From positions 32,001-96,000 of IMG/VR virus record IMGVR_UViG_3300036780_000209: a DNA stretch of 64,000 nt. One strand, written 5' to 3'. Made by a program: the position numbers and the translations under genes. Source of the stretch: a virus. The first letter of the stretch is position 1, and each line of letters starts with the position of its first letter. Positions 1-9,581 of the stretch are shown here, one piece after another. Below the pieces are notes generated by a model. The model saw only the letters and a list, made by a program, of their open reading frames with translations, was not told the origin of the DNA and did not search any database.

Positions 1-22
1 GTCGGCGGTCACTTTTCCTGAC

Positions 23-232
23 TCATTCGTGGTGCACATTTTCCTGTTCCTCACCGGGGGCGGCATCATTGCGGCTTTCATTGTAATCGACAGGCGGGTG
101 CCCGCGCAGGCCGGCCTGCTTCTCCAGGTCGCCGACGCGGACCCAGAGGCCGAGGACGGCGAGCGTCAGGACGGCCGAGACGACGGCCAGGGAGATGAGG
201 GCCGGGAGGAAGGCATGGGCAGTGCTGTTCAC
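23..232 (-). CDS. small membrane protein, hypothetical
   Basis: 69 aa with one hydrophobic stretch (AFLPALISLAVVSAVLTLAVLGLWV); overlaps upstream stop. Confidence 0.5.
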   Translation of the reverse strand: MNSTAHAFLPALISLAVVSAVLTLAVLGLWVRVGDLEKQAGLRGHPPVDYNESRNDAAPGEEQENVHHE

Positions 233-520
233 GCCAGTCCTTTCCCGGGGGCCGTGCGGCCGTGGCGGAAGTGGCCCAGGCAGGGGAACGGGGCGATCCG
301 GCCCTGCCCCGGGCTGGCGATGCGGCGGGTGCTGCGCGACCGGCGCCGGCGCATGGCGCGCAGGGCACCGTCGGGTGACTGGCCGGTGACAATGGCCAGC
401 GTCCGGGCAGGGGCCGGACCGGGGGCCGCGTTCAGGGCAAAGAGCATCCTGGCCTGGAGGGCGCTGAGCTTCTTCATGACGATCACCTTCTGATGATGCT
501 GGCGGAGGCGGAGCAGGTGA

Positions 521-688
521 TCATGCCGCCGCCTTCCTGCGGATGCCGGCCGGGAGCAGGCCGTTGCGGGCGGCCGGCTTGAGGCGGCGGCGCTGCACCC
601 GGTCCCAGACGTGCGGGAAGACTACCTCGCGGCAGGCCAGGCAGCGGCCGTCGGTGCCGATCCGGCCGGCGCACTCTGTCGTCGTCAT
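521..688 (-). CDS. 55-aa Cys-containing hypothetical protein (leaderless)
   Basis: Hand translation MTTTECAGRIGTDGRCLACREVVFPHVW...; -10-like TAAGCT 6 nt before ATG; palindromic box at 711-726. Confidence 0.55.
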   Translation of the reverse strand: MTTTECAGRIGTDGRCLACREVVFPHVWDRVQRRRLKPAARNGLLPAGIRRKAAA

Positions 689-1300
689 GATGACAGCTTA
701 TCACAGATTTGATAGGCTTCCTTGTAATCGAAGGGAGAATATCATGGTGATTTCCGGGGCGGCGGCGTGGTGCTGGGTGCAGTTCAGCACCGGGGTGAGC
801 AGCGGGTGGTTCCCGAGGGCCAGCGAGCCGCCGCCGTACGTGACGTGCGTAAGGTCGGCGGCGAAGCCGGGATGGGTGCCCGCTGCCGCCGCGCACCACG
901 GGCACCTGCTGCTCGGCAGCGGCGGGGGCATCGGCAGCGGGGCGGGGATCGCCGTCGCGCTGATCGCGGTGGCGGCAGCGCTGGGCGGGAAGCTGATGAA
1001 GGGCAGGGGATGAGGAAGAAGCGGCACTGGGGCGGCTGAGGGGCAACGGTAACTCTGAGTAACCGAGGTTTGTCCTGGTCCGGGAGGCCAGATGCGGACA
1101 CATGGTCATGTGCGCAAGTCCCCCGGCCCTAGGGCCAACCCCAACGTTTTCTATACGCAGAGTGACGACGATCAGGTGCCAGGGCAGTTCTTATGACACC
1201 CGGCGTTGTGATTGCCGCAGTGGTCGTCCCGCTTGCACTGGCTGCAGGAGCACGAGCCGGCTGATGCGCATACTGAGATTCTCATGCGGGACAGCCTAAA

Positions 1301-1372
1301 GCCTCACTTTGCTCCTACGTGCCATGAATCCAATGATCATTGCAACTGAGTAACGTAGGAGCAAAGTGAGGC
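1301..1372. repeat. perfect 20-bp inverted repeat with 32-nt AT-rich loop
   Basis: gcctcactttgctcctacgt (1301-1320) / acgtaggagcaaagtgaggc (1353-1372). Confidence 0.9.
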
Positions 1373-1415
1373 CATTCAGGCAGGCAGGATGCAAGGAAGC
1401 CTGTATACTGAGGGC

Positions 1416-1730
1416 ATGACGACGAACCCGTACTCCCCCCGGGCGATGCTGATCATCCGGGCCGCCGTCCTCTGGCGCGACGCCCGGGACGCCGGGGACC
1501 GCACGAAGCGCGCCACCGTGAGAGACGCCCAGCTTGACGCCTTCTCCCAGGTCGCGGCCGACATCATGGACTTCGCGAGCACGCCGGAGGAGTTCCGGGA
1601 AGCGGTGATCGGGGCCGTGCGCGCCATCCCCTGGACGCTGCGGGAGAGCCTCGGCCGCGACGAGGCCCTGGCCGTCCGGCAGGAGTGGAAGCAGGCCGTC
1701 GCCGATCACGCCGCCAGGGCGCTGGCCTAG
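1416..1730 (+). CDS. hypothetical protein (leaderless)
   Basis: TATACT 6 nt upstream of ATG; GC3-rich codons. Confidence 0.75.
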   Translation: MTTNPYSPRAMLIIRAAVLWRDARDAGDRTKRATVRDAQLDAFSQVAADIMDFASTPEEFREAVIGAVRAIPWTLRESLGRDEALAVRQEWKQAVADHAARALA

Positions 1731-4090
1731 GGGTACAGCTCGCCGTCCATCTCGTCCCCCGAGACGCCCAGCCGGGAGCGCATCCCCACGTGGCGGGGGG
1801 TGCGGGCATACGCCGGGGCCGGCCCCGCGAGGAACGGCTCCGACCGCTCGGTCTCCCGGTGCGCCGTGAACTCGTGCAGGTCAGGGGCATCCTGTGCCCC
1901 CTGGTCCGAAGCTGTGATCACAGCTTCGCGCACCCTCGCGGTTCTCCTGAAAAGGGCCGCGTCGCTGATGACGCGGCGGAGAGCACGGGGGGCAACAGCA
2001 CCATCCTCCCTGTGCCCTCCCTGAGCCGCCCCGTCATCCTCCGTGCCATGCCGCAGGCCCTCAGCCTGCCCGTGTGCCCGTGTCCCGTCCCAGGTCCCGG
2101 TGCCATCGCTGCCGGTCACCCTGCGCATGGCGTGCACCTGGGTCTTCCCGCCTCCGGGGACGGGCATCCCGCCGCGCTCGTCACTGGACTCCCCGGGTAC
2201 CTGGGACTCCCCGTCATCCTGGTCAGGGGCGAACGGGTCCCCTCCCTCGCCGGGCGGGGGCTCCTCCTCGCCTTCCCCGCCGAGCATCATGTCCTCGGCG
2301 GTGGGTGCCAGGTCGGGCAGCTCCAGCGGGTCGGTGCCGAGCCTCGGTGCCATGATCATCTGCGCGGCCAGGGCCGGGGGGACCTCTTCGAGCTGGGCCA
2401 TCGGGGCGAAGTCGGCCATCAGGTCAGGGGGGACCGGGTACCCGCCGTCCCTCAGCGCGATGAACGTCTGCTTGCGGGTCTCCTGCTCGGCGACGGCGAG
2501 CTGCACCGCCTCGTCCTGGCTGCGCTGCACCTCCTCGTCCAGGTCGAAGTCCAGGTTCCTGGTGCGGGTCCTCATGGACACCGGGACCCCCGTCTCGCGC
2601 AGCGCCTCGGTGAACTGGCGGACCAGGTCCTCGTCCTTGAAGTTCAGGGTCTTGAACAGCAGGTCCGGGATGAGGAGCCTCGGCTGCTCGGTGATGCGCT
2701 TCCCGCCGGTCTCCTCGTCCTCTTCGAGCACTTCCTCCATGACCACGTAGCGCTTGCCGGCCCGCTCCTCGTAGTCATAGTGCTCCTGGGCCTCCGCCAC
2801 GATGAGGGCTCTCTTGCGGAAATGGCGCACCAGGTACTTCTGGTACCTCGTCATGAGCTGGGTGACCAGCTCCTTGTTCAGGGCGTCGGCGGCGTAGGTC
2901 TGGCCGCCCTGGGCTCCCATCAGGAAGGTGCGGCTCAATCCGAACACCTGCAGGACCCGGTCCTCGATCCGCTCGAAGTCAGGGGTCAGGTCCGGCATGT
3001 TCTCCTTGCCGAAGACCTGCTCGATCTCGATGGCGAAATTGTGGATCAGGGCGCGGAAGTCACCCGCCAGGGCCGCGTCTAGTGCCAGCTCGAAGGACTC
3101 CAGGTCGTCATCTGTGGGAATCCAAGGAACGCTCGTGCCCAGGTCTGTAGCCGAAGCTCCCAGCTTGCAGAGAATGAGGGGAGTGTAGAGGCGGTCTGCG
3201 ATCGAATCGAGGGCGGTGTTGAGCATCTCCTGCTGCAGCATGGGCCGCATGGCACGAGTGAGGAGCGGGACTCCACGGACATTGAACGTGTCCCCCTTGA
3301 AGCGGAGCTGCTGCATGAGCACCGAGCTGACCGGCATGAAGCTGTTCTCGCTGGTGTAGGCCACCAGCTCCGGGTACTCCTGAATCAATTTGTTATATTC
3401 CCAGGCCGGCTGCCTGGTCTGCAGGACCTGGCGGATCGTCCACGGCAGCCGGATGAAGTACCTCGGCTCCTTGAGGAACGGGGAGCGCTCCACCTTGACA
3501 TCATCGGGATTGAGCAGCTCCTCGTCATCCCAGATGCCCAGGTCCTCGTTGAAGGTGGCGAACGGCCACGCCTCCCCCACCGTCCAGTACTCGCGGCCGA
3601 TGTCCACCAGGAACTCCTCGTAGTCCAGGTGGTCCTCGTCGAAGAACTGCTCGGTGTAGAACTCGGTGAGCTTCTCGTCCTTGCAGCGCAGCTCGTGGCC
3701 CAGCACCGGGAACTTCGAGAAGATGTCCACGCAGGACCCGATGATCGGGTCCGTCTGGTACAGCAGCCTGCAGAAGGACCTGACCTTGGCCAGCTCCTCG
3801 TTCTCGGAGAAGTCATACGGGAGGTTGTTCTGCCGCCAGTAGAACAGCGGGTCCCGGGGCCGGCCGGTGGCGAACTGGATGTCGCCGAAGCCGCCTCCCG
3901 AGCCCGACGCCGCCGTGCGGCTCAGCTTGCCGTTGACGTGCCTGTTCTTCCTGGCCTCCTTGACCTCCGGGGTCATCTGGTCATCACGCAGGCCCCGCTG
4001 GCCGAACGCGAAGCCACGGCCGCCCATCAGGCGGATGACGCCCTGGTCGCTGTGCGAGCCGATCCGGGGATTGAACGGGACCCGGGTCAC
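1727..4090 (-). CDS. probable portal protein
   Basis: ~787 aa from GTG overlapping upstream stop; portal-like segments (CRLLYQTDPIIGSCVDIFSKFP, DTFNVRGVPLL, ERIEDRVLQVFGL); acidic Pro-rich C-terminus; lies among head genes. Confidence 0.65.
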   Translation of the reverse strand: MTRVPFNPRIGSHSDQGVIRLMGGRGFAFGQRGLRDDQMTPEVKEARKNRHVNGKLSRTAASGSGGGFGDIQFATGRPRDPLFYWRQNNLPYDFSENEELAKVRSFCRLLYQTDPIIGSCVDIFSKFPVLGHELRCKDEKLTEFYTEQFFDEDHLDYEEFLVDIGREYWTVGEAWPFATFNEDLGIWDDEELLNPDDVKVERSPFLKEPRYFIRLPWTIRQVLQTRQPAWEYNKLIQEYPELVAYTSENSFMPVSSVLMQQLRFKGDTFNVRGVPLLTRAMRPMLQQEMLNTALDSIADRLYTPLILCKLGASATDLGTSVPWIPTDDDLESFELALDAALAGDFRALIHNFAIEIEQVFGKENMPDLTPDFERIEDRVLQVFGLSRTFLMGAQGGQTYAADALNKELVTQLMTRYQKYLVRHFRKRALIVAEAQEHYDYEERAGKRYVVMEEVLEEDEETGGKRITEQPRLLIPDLLFKTLNFKDEDLVRQFTEALRETGVPVSMRTRTRNLDFDLDEEVQRSQDEAVQLAVAEQETRKQTFIALRDGGYPVPPDLMADFAPMAQLEEVPPALAAQMIMAPRLGTDPLELPDLAPTAEDMMLGGEGEEEPPPGEGGDPFAPDQDDGESQVPGESSDERGGMPVPGGGKTQVHAMRRVTGSDGTGTWDGTRAHGQAEGLRHGTEDDGAAQGGHREDGAVAPRALRRVISDAALFRRTARVREAVITASDQGAQDAPDLHEFTAHRETERSEPFLAGPAPAYARTPRHVGMRSRLGVSGDEMDGELYP

Positions 4091-4662
4091 GCGTCCACCA
4101 GCTCGCCATTGGTCACGAACCCGTGCCAGCCGTTCGTGCCCGTGCACAGGATCGACGGCGTGACGGTGAGCAGCGGGGCGGTCCCGCTGACCGTCCAGTA
4201 CCCGCCGTCCGAGGCGCGCTGGGTGCTGACCCACTCATGACCGCCGGGCAGCGAGATGATCCACGACTCGGCCCCGCCGGGATGGCGGCTGTATGCGTCG
4301 TGCCAGTCGGCGCGCACCATGGTGCCGGGAGGGGCGTTGCGGCCGAACGAGCCCCACATCGGGAACTCGGTGCCGTCAGGCAGCCGGAAGATCCTGTTGT
4401 CGTTGCGCTGCCACTGGTCGCCGTCCGCGAACTCACGGCCGCATCGCTCGCATGCCGCAGGCCACCGGTCGTCATCATGCGGCCAGTTGTCTCCGTGAAC
4501 GCGCTCGTGCTCGTCCTCGCCCACGGTCCCGGTGATCACGCTGGCGTCGTGGCCGTACTCGTATCCGGGGCATTCCGGCCCCTTGTCGGTGCTGAACGTG
4601 AACCGCCTCAGCATGCGCTCATAGCGGCCGGTGAACTCGGCGATGACGAGGGGGATGCTCAT
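4087..4662 (-). CDS. hypothetical protein with DUF6527-like C-terminus
   Basis: WTVSGTAPLLTVTPSILC...WHGFVTNGEL motif; CxxC. Confidence 0.6.
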   Translation of the reverse strand: MSIPLVIAEFTGRYERMLRRFTFSTDKGPECPGYEYGHDASVITGTVGEDEHERVHGDNWPHDDDRWPAACERCGREFADGDQWQRNDNRIFRLPDGTEFPMWGSFGRNAPPGTMVRADWHDAYSRHPGGAESWIISLPGGHEWVSTQRASDGGYWTVSGTAPLLTVTPSILCTGTNGWHGFVTNGELVDA

Positions 4663-4814
4663 GCTCCCTGGCCTTCCATTAGTGACCGGATATCCGTGAT
4701 TCCCTTGCACGACCTGCACCGCGACCACAGGCACTGGTCATTGGCGCAGTGCCATTGCGTCTCGGAATGGCCGCACCGGCCGCACACCTGGGGCGGGCTC
4801 TCAGGCCGGCTCAT
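4659..4814 (-). CDS. small zinc-finger protein
   Basis: CGRC...CANDQC...CRSC; ATGA overlaps at both ends. Confidence 0.6.
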   Translation of the reverse strand: MSRPESPPQVCGRCGHSETQWHCANDQCLWSRCRSCKGITDIRSLMEGQGA

Positions 4815-6202
4815 GCCGCCCTCCCCGGGCACTGGCTCAGGTCGCCGTGCTCCCGCTCGGGACCGCCCTTGTAGTCGGTGGAACGGGCGTAGCGCCACCG
4901 GAGGCCGCCCTGGGATCCGGGATAGGCCCGCGCCTCCAGGCCGCAGGATGCGCAGCGCCGGGCATGGGCACGGTGCTCCAGGCCGCCGGTCGAGGGCTGC
5001 CATTCCATGCTGCCGGGCACCGGGTACAGCCACTGGTGCTGGCCCCGGGGCACGGCATCAGGGCTGCGGGCAGCCTTGCCGAAGACGGGATCGATCGGCC
5101 CCTCGTGCCTGGAGTAGGCGAAGCCGTCGCCAGGGAAGAAGTCCGGATGCTCCGCCTGTGCCCATTCATGCTCGATGTCCGGATGCACATGCCTCTGGCC
5201 GTCGCCATGCTCATTCCAGTGCAGGTCCCTGATGCGCTCGTCATCAGGGAGATCGTGACGCTGGTGCTCGCCTCTCATGTGATCGCGCATCTCGTCGTCC
5301 GACATCTCCACGTGCTGCCGGACGCCGTGCGCCTCCTTGCGGAGCGCGGCGAGCACCCTGGGGTCACTGCCGCTGTGCAGCACGGCCAGGTGGCGCACGT
5401 AGGCGTCCTCAGGCAGGGCATCCCCGGCGAGGGTGCGGTAAAGGCCGCTGTGGTGGTGCCAGCCCTCCGGCAACTGCGGGATGAACTCCTCGCTCCTCAG
5501 CTCTACGGACGGCGTGCGGTTCCGGGGCTGGAGCAGGGAGGCCTCTTCCTCCTCGGGATCCAGGAAGCGGTGCACGGTGCCCTCCGGGTCCCTCGGCCTG
5601 CGGTCATCCCGGCCCTTCGGGATGAACCTGCTCCTGACTGGGTACTCGCGGCCGAAGCGGTCCTCCGGGTCCGGCTCGGCCTCGGCTTCGGACCCGTCGG
5701 CCAGGGGGCGGTACAGCGAGCCCTTCTTCTTGCCCTTAGGCGGCTTCTTGCCGCTCCCAGGGTCCTTGTCCCCGCCGCCCTTGCTGTCAGGCGGGGGCGG
5801 GGCGCCCGAATCGCCTCCGTCGTCCTCAGGGCCGCCTGAGGGGGCTCCCCCGTCATCGCCGGGCGGCGGTCCCTCGTCACCGCCCTCGTCGTCAGGCGGG
5901 AAGCCCTCGTCCTCCTCGCCCGGCATGCCCATGCCCGGCGGGCCCATGCCCAGGTCCTCCTGGCCGCCGGGGCCAAGCTCCGGCCCCATGTCGGTGAGGG
6001 CACCGGGGCCCATGGGCTGCTGGGGCATGCCCGGGAAGGCCGGCTGAACGCGGACGATGTAGTTCATCCCGCAGAAGGCGCAGTCGATCGTGCCGTCGCT
6101 GCGCCCGGTGACCTGGCCCGAGCCGCAGAACGGGCAGTGGCTGGTGATCTGCGGATCCCCCGGGTCGTGGGCGATCCGGATGAAACGACCTTCGAGCTGC
6201 AT
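4811..6202 (-). CDS. probable virion-associated protein with N-terminal zinc ribbon
   Basis: CPFC...CAFC ribbon, Pro/Gly/Asp low-complexity linker, His-rich modules; RBS GGGAGG. Confidence 0.65.
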   Translation of the reverse strand: MQLEGRFIRIAHDPGDPQITSHCPFCGSGQVTGRSDGTIDCAFCGMNYIVRVQPAFPGMPQQPMGPGALTDMGPELGPGGQEDLGMGPPGMGMPGEEDEGFPPDDEGGDEGPPPGDDGGAPSGGPEDDGGDSGAPPPPDSKGGGDKDPGSGKKPPKGKKKGSLYRPLADGSEAEAEPDPEDRFGREYPVRSRFIPKGRDDRRPRDPEGTVHRFLDPEEEEASLLQPRNRTPSVELRSEEFIPQLPEGWHHHSGLYRTLAGDALPEDAYVRHLAVLHSGSDPRVLAALRKEAHGVRQHVEMSDDEMRDHMRGEHQRHDLPDDERIRDLHWNEHGDGQRHVHPDIEHEWAQAEHPDFFPGDGFAYSRHEGPIDPVFGKAARSPDAVPRGQHQWLYPVPGSMEWQPSTGGLEHRAHARRCASCGLEARAYPGSQGGLRWRYARSTDYKGGPEREHGDLSQCPGRAA

Positions 6203-6256
6203 GAGTGGCCTCCCATACCTTCGCGGGACGCCGGGCACGCAGCACAGGCTTACTCG

Positions 6257-6285
6257 TTGTCAAGGATGCTTGTAACTGATACCTT
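6257..6285 (+). promoter_or_regulatory. sigma70-type promoter with palindromic box
   Basis: TTGTCA-17-TACCTT, ATG 6 nt downstream; box GTCAAGGATGCTTGTA. Confidence 0.75.
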
Positions 6286-6291
6286 GGATGC

Positions 6292-6615
6292 ATGACGACG
6301 CCGCGCCAGGCCATGGCACACAGCGAGGAAGCCGCTATCGCCCTGCTGGAGAAGCTCGCTTCCGAGGGCAACGAGAAGGCTGCCTCGCTGCTGCGGGAGC
6401 TTAAGCCCGCAGTCCAGCCCGCCTCTCCCGCCGAGGTCAGGATCCTGCGCCGGAGCATGGTCTACCCGCCCGGCCGGAGGGGAGCACGCTGGATCTACAG
6501 TTACGCCGCCGGCGACGCCGCCTGGACCGAGCACGGCACCAGCCTGGTCACGCTGAGGGACTGGCTGCGCCGCGAGCACGGCACGAGCGTGAAGATAGCC
6601 GAGACCTGGAAATGA
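6292..6615 (+). CDS. hypothetical protein (leaderless)
   Basis: ORF track; directly after promoter. Confidence 0.7.
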   Translation: MTTPRQAMAHSEEAAIALLEKLASEGNEKAASLLRELKPAVQPASPAEVRILRRSMVYPPGRRGARWIYSYAAGDAAWTEHGTSLVTLRDWLRREHGTSVKIAETWK

Positions 6616-6731
6616 AGGAAAGCCACCTGGGGCACACGGTATGCGGGGAATGCGGAACCTGCCTGACCTGCGGCCAGCGGCACCACGGCACCTGTGATCT
6701 CAGCCACTTGCGCTGAGGAGAGGACGAGGAC

Positions 6732-6980
6732 ATGCATGAGGAGCACGACTGGCCGTTCCACGCCTATCTGAAGCAGGAGGACTGCGGGCATCACAAGTCC
6801 TGCTACCCGATCCCCGGCCCGGAGGGGCTGGATGCCCGCGAGCACCTGCTCAGGGCGAAGCGGCTGGCCGACCAGGCTGAGGCGCTGATCGCCACGGACC
6901 CGGGCCGCGCCAGGCTGTACATGGACCTGGCCGACACCCAGACCGAGCTGGGCCGCGTCATCGCCGAGGCGCTCTCATGA
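6732..6980 (+). CDS. hypothetical protein
   Basis: RBS GAGGA; ATGA overlap with next gene. Confidence 0.65.
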   Translation: MHEEHDWPFHAYLKQEDCGHHKSCYPIPGPEGLDAREHLLRAKRLADQAEALIATDPGRARLYMDLADTQTELGRVIAEALS

Positions 6981-7264
6981 TGAACTGGGGCCGCGACGGC
7001 AGCCACGAGCACGAGGTGCATGAAGTGCACGGCGTGGCTGCCACGGATCACTCGCACTCGGAGCTGCGCGATGCGCGCCACCGGATCGAGGCGCTCGCAG
7101 GGCGGGTGGATGACATGGAGGCGCAGCTCGCCGAGCAGCGGCTGATCAACGGCACCATGACGGAGATCACCGAGCGGCTCACCATGATCGTCGAGCGGAT
7201 CGCAGGGCGGCTCGCCGGCGGCGGCATGAGCGAGGTCCTGGAGGACTTCCCCGGTCCTGGTTGA
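6977..7264 (+). CDS. hypothetical coiled-coil protein
   Basis: ORF track, heptad-like pattern. Confidence 0.65.
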   Translation: MMNWGRDGSHEHEVHEVHGVAATDHSHSELRDARHRIEALAGRVDDMEAQLAEQRLINGTMTEITERLTMIVERIAGRLAGGGMSEVLEDFPGPG

Positions 7265-7289
7265 CCGATTACAAGAACTCCTGTATTCT
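7261..7289 (+). promoter_or_regulatory. sigma70-type promoter with palindromic box
   Basis: TTGACC-17-TATTCT; box TACAAGAACTCCTGTA. Confidence 0.8.
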
Positions 7290-7327
7290 CTTACTAGATG
7301 GACGAGAGACGACCACAGGAGGCCAGG

Positions 7328-7690
7328 ATGCAGACCCTCACCACTACCCCCGGCACGCCAGGCGGCCACTACCCGGACGCCTGGGGACCGGCCCCCGAGC
7401 CCGCGCCGCTGTGGTGGGACGACGCCTCCTACATCCGCTACCAGTCCGCTGACCCCTACGCCCAGTACGAGGGCTGGGACGACGAGGACTGGGACGCGTT
7501 CAACGCTGCGGCCGAGCACGAGGCGACCCGCCCGAACGACGAGTCCGACTGGGCCGCTCACCGCAGCTTCCTGAACGCCCAGGACGAGGACCGCGAGCGC
7601 CTGGAGGCCGAGCTGGACGCGCCGCCCTGCGAGCACGGCCTGGCGGCCTGGCTCTGCGCCGGCCCGGGTCACTACCCGATGGACATGTGA
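7328..7690 (+). CDS. acidic hypothetical protein
   Basis: RBS AGGAGG; C-terminal CEHG...C..PGHYP motif. Confidence 0.7.
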   Translation: MQTLTTTPGTPGGHYPDAWGPAPEPAPLWWDDASYIRYQSADPYAQYEGWDDEDWDAFNAAAEHEATRPNDESDWAAHRSFLNAQDEDRERLEAELDAPPCEHGLAAWLCAGPGHYPMDM

Positions 7691-7705
7691 AACCATGCCT
7701 TCCTG

Positions 7706-7750
7706 ATAGCGAGGATCCTTGTAGACAATTACAAGGATCCTCGCTATTTT
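7706..7750 (+). terminator. 18-bp perfect hairpin plus T-run, overlapping a promoter
   Basis: atagcgaggatccttgta-gacaat-tacaaggatcctcgctat followed by T-run; also TAGACA-17-TATTTT. Confidence 0.75.
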
Positions 7751-7787
7751 TGTTCTGCATGCACGCGATAGTCACAAGGAGGACAGA

Positions 7788-8393
7788 ATGAGCAAGCCCC
7801 TTACCCTGGACGAGGCCCGTGCCGTGCCCCTGGAAGCCGTCCAGGCGGCCGTGGGAGAGCCGTACGAGACCTGGAGCGCCCGTTGCCATGAGATGGCCCT
7901 CAAGGTGCTCCAGACCGGCCTGTACGGCCCCGGGCGGATAGCCAGAGGTTTCGCGGCCGGCATCCCGGGCCAGCACTCGTGGATCGTGCTGGGAGGCGTC
8001 TACGATCCCCTGGCCGTCATCGCAGATCCCACGCTGCGGCTGTGGCTGGGCACTGAGCCGCCCGGCATCCAGGTCCTGCGGAACGAGGGGATCGCCCACC
8101 GCCCGCACGGATCAGGCTCCTGCTTCAATGCCGGGATGCCCTGCTCCTGGGGCGGGGAGGAAATCGAGCTGGCCAGCCGGGGCCTGCTCAGCGAGGAGGC
8201 GGCGGAATTCCTGGATGACCTCGGCCCCCTGGACGCCCGGGGCTGGATGGAAGTCGCCTCCCTCCCGGTAGAGGACTGGCCTGCGGCCGAGATCATCCAG
8301 GCCATGTACGAGACGCCTTCACTGAAAGCATTCATCCCGATCGACATCGTGGGCCACCTCACTGATCACAATCCGGGCGGCTTGTACTGGTAG
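7788..8393 (+). CDS. hypothetical protein (possible Cys/His papain or transglutaminase-like fold)
   Basis: RCHEMA...QHSWIVL...IADPT pattern; RBS AGGAGG. Confidence 0.6.
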   Translation: MSKPLTLDEARAVPLEAVQAAVGEPYETWSARCHEMALKVLQTGLYGPGRIARGFAAGIPGQHSWIVLGGVYDPLAVIADPTLRLWLGTEPPGIQVLRNEGIAHRPHGSGSCFNAGMPCSWGGEEIELASRGLLSEEAAEFLDDLGPLDARGWMEVASLPVEDWPAAEIIQAMYETPSLKAFIPIDIVGHLTDHNPGGLYW

Positions 8394-8418
8394 CCGTGCC
8401 CTTCGTGCAGTAAGGGAA

Positions 8419-8447
8419 TTGACAGAGTACAAGGATGCCTGTATTCT
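8419..8447 (+). promoter_or_regulatory. sigma70-type leaderless promoter with palindromic box
   Basis: TTGACA-17-TATTCT, ATG at 8454; box TACAAGGATGCCTGTA. Confidence 0.9.
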
Positions 8448-8453
8448 GGGTAC

Positions 8454-8861
8454 ATGAGCCAAGCAAAGAGCACCAAGGTCAGCAAGCGGCAGGCGCAGGC
8501 AGTCCTGACGGCCGTCAAGAGCAAGTGGAAGGCCTACTGCCTCGACTTCCCGCAGGCGGACGGCAAGCCCGACTATGACGCGCCGATGAGCGCGATGGTC
8601 GCGGCGGACGCCAGCGAGCTGCCCCAGCTCATGATGACCTGGCAGGGCCGCGAGGACAGCGAGCCGTGCCCCGCCATCGTCTGGGAAAGCGGCCCGTTCG
8701 AGTGGGCCTACGGCGCGCTGGGCGAGTCCTGGGACTACGAGCTGGCCGCCGCCAGGGAGGAATTCCCCGGCCTGAACCCCGTGGTCAGGGGTGTCAGCGA
8801 GCCGAAGGGCGTGCACTGCGAGCCGTACTTCTCCTACGTTCTCTGCATCTACCCGGCCTGA
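8454..8861 (+). CDS. hypothetical protein
   Basis: ORF track; leaderless start. Confidence 0.75.
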   Translation: MSQAKSTKVSKRQAQAVLTAVKSKWKAYCLDFPQADGKPDYDAPMSAMVAADASELPQLMMTWQGREDSEPCPAIVWESGPFEWAYGALGESWDYELAAAREEFPGLNPVVRGVSEPKGVHCEPYFSYVLCIYPA

Positions 8862-8872
8862 AAGGAACTGAC

Positions 8873-9100
8873 GTGCAGCTCACCTGGCGCAGGGACCCGG
8901 AGGAAGAGGGCGGCTGGCAGAGCGCCCAGGAGGACGGGAACGGCCCGCTCTTCACCATCCGCAAGGGGCGCGCTCCCAGCGGCTACTACGACGCCTGGCG
9001 GCTGTACGGCCCGCAGCGCGGCAAGCCCGTCGCCCGGCCCGGCACGCTGACCGAGGCCAAGAAGATCGCCCAGGGCCACGTCCTGCAGGAAGGAAGCTGA
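8873..9100 (+). CDS. hypothetical protein
   Basis: GTG start after AAGGAA; ends TLTEAKKIAQ. Confidence 0.6.
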   Translation: MQLTWRRDPEEEGGWQSAQEDGNGPLFTIRKGRAPSGYYDAWRLYGPQRGKPVARPGTLTEAKKIAQGHVLQEGS

Positions 9101-9266
9101 CATGAGCACCGCCTACGTCCGGCCCGGCTCGACCCGGGAGGACCGCCGGCTCCGCGTGGAGCTGAGCCGCCGGGCCGGCCGCCACGGCAAGAGCCCCCAG
9201 CAGGTACGCGGCAGCGAGCGCCGCAAGGCGATCCGGGAATCGGGAGAGGGCAAGTAAGCGAATCGC

Positions 9267-9295
9267 TTGCTTGGTTGCAAGGAACCTTGTATTAT
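9267..9295 (+). promoter_or_regulatory. sigma70-type promoter with palindromic box
   Basis: TTGCTT-17-TATTAT; box TGCAAGGAACCTTGTA. Confidence 0.8.
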
Positions 9296-9315
9296 CGAGG
9301 CAAGGAGGAGGGATC

Positions 9316-9579
9316 ATGGAGAAGCGAAGCATCACGGAGTTCCATTTCGAGCCCGCAGGCACCAGCACGAACACGAACGGGCCGGTCATGCATTTCCGGC
9401 TCGTGAGCATCACCACCCACGAGGCCCGGCGCAGCGAGCGGGAGGAGTGGCGGCAGGACAGCAGTCATCCCCAGTCCCGCCAGCGCGTCGTCCTCGCCGA
9501 GCTGCTGACCAGGGGGGCCGTGAAGGACCTCATCGCCGACGGCGCGGACTGGCTGGCCTACATCGAGACGGGAACCTGA
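9316..9579 (+). CDS. hypothetical protein
   Basis: RBS AGGAGGAGG. Confidence 0.7.
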   Translation: MEKRSITEFHFEPAGTSTNTNGPVMHFRLVSITTHEARRSEREEWRQDSSHPQSRQRVVLAELLTRGAVKDLIADGADWLAYIETGT

Positions 9580-9581
9580 GC

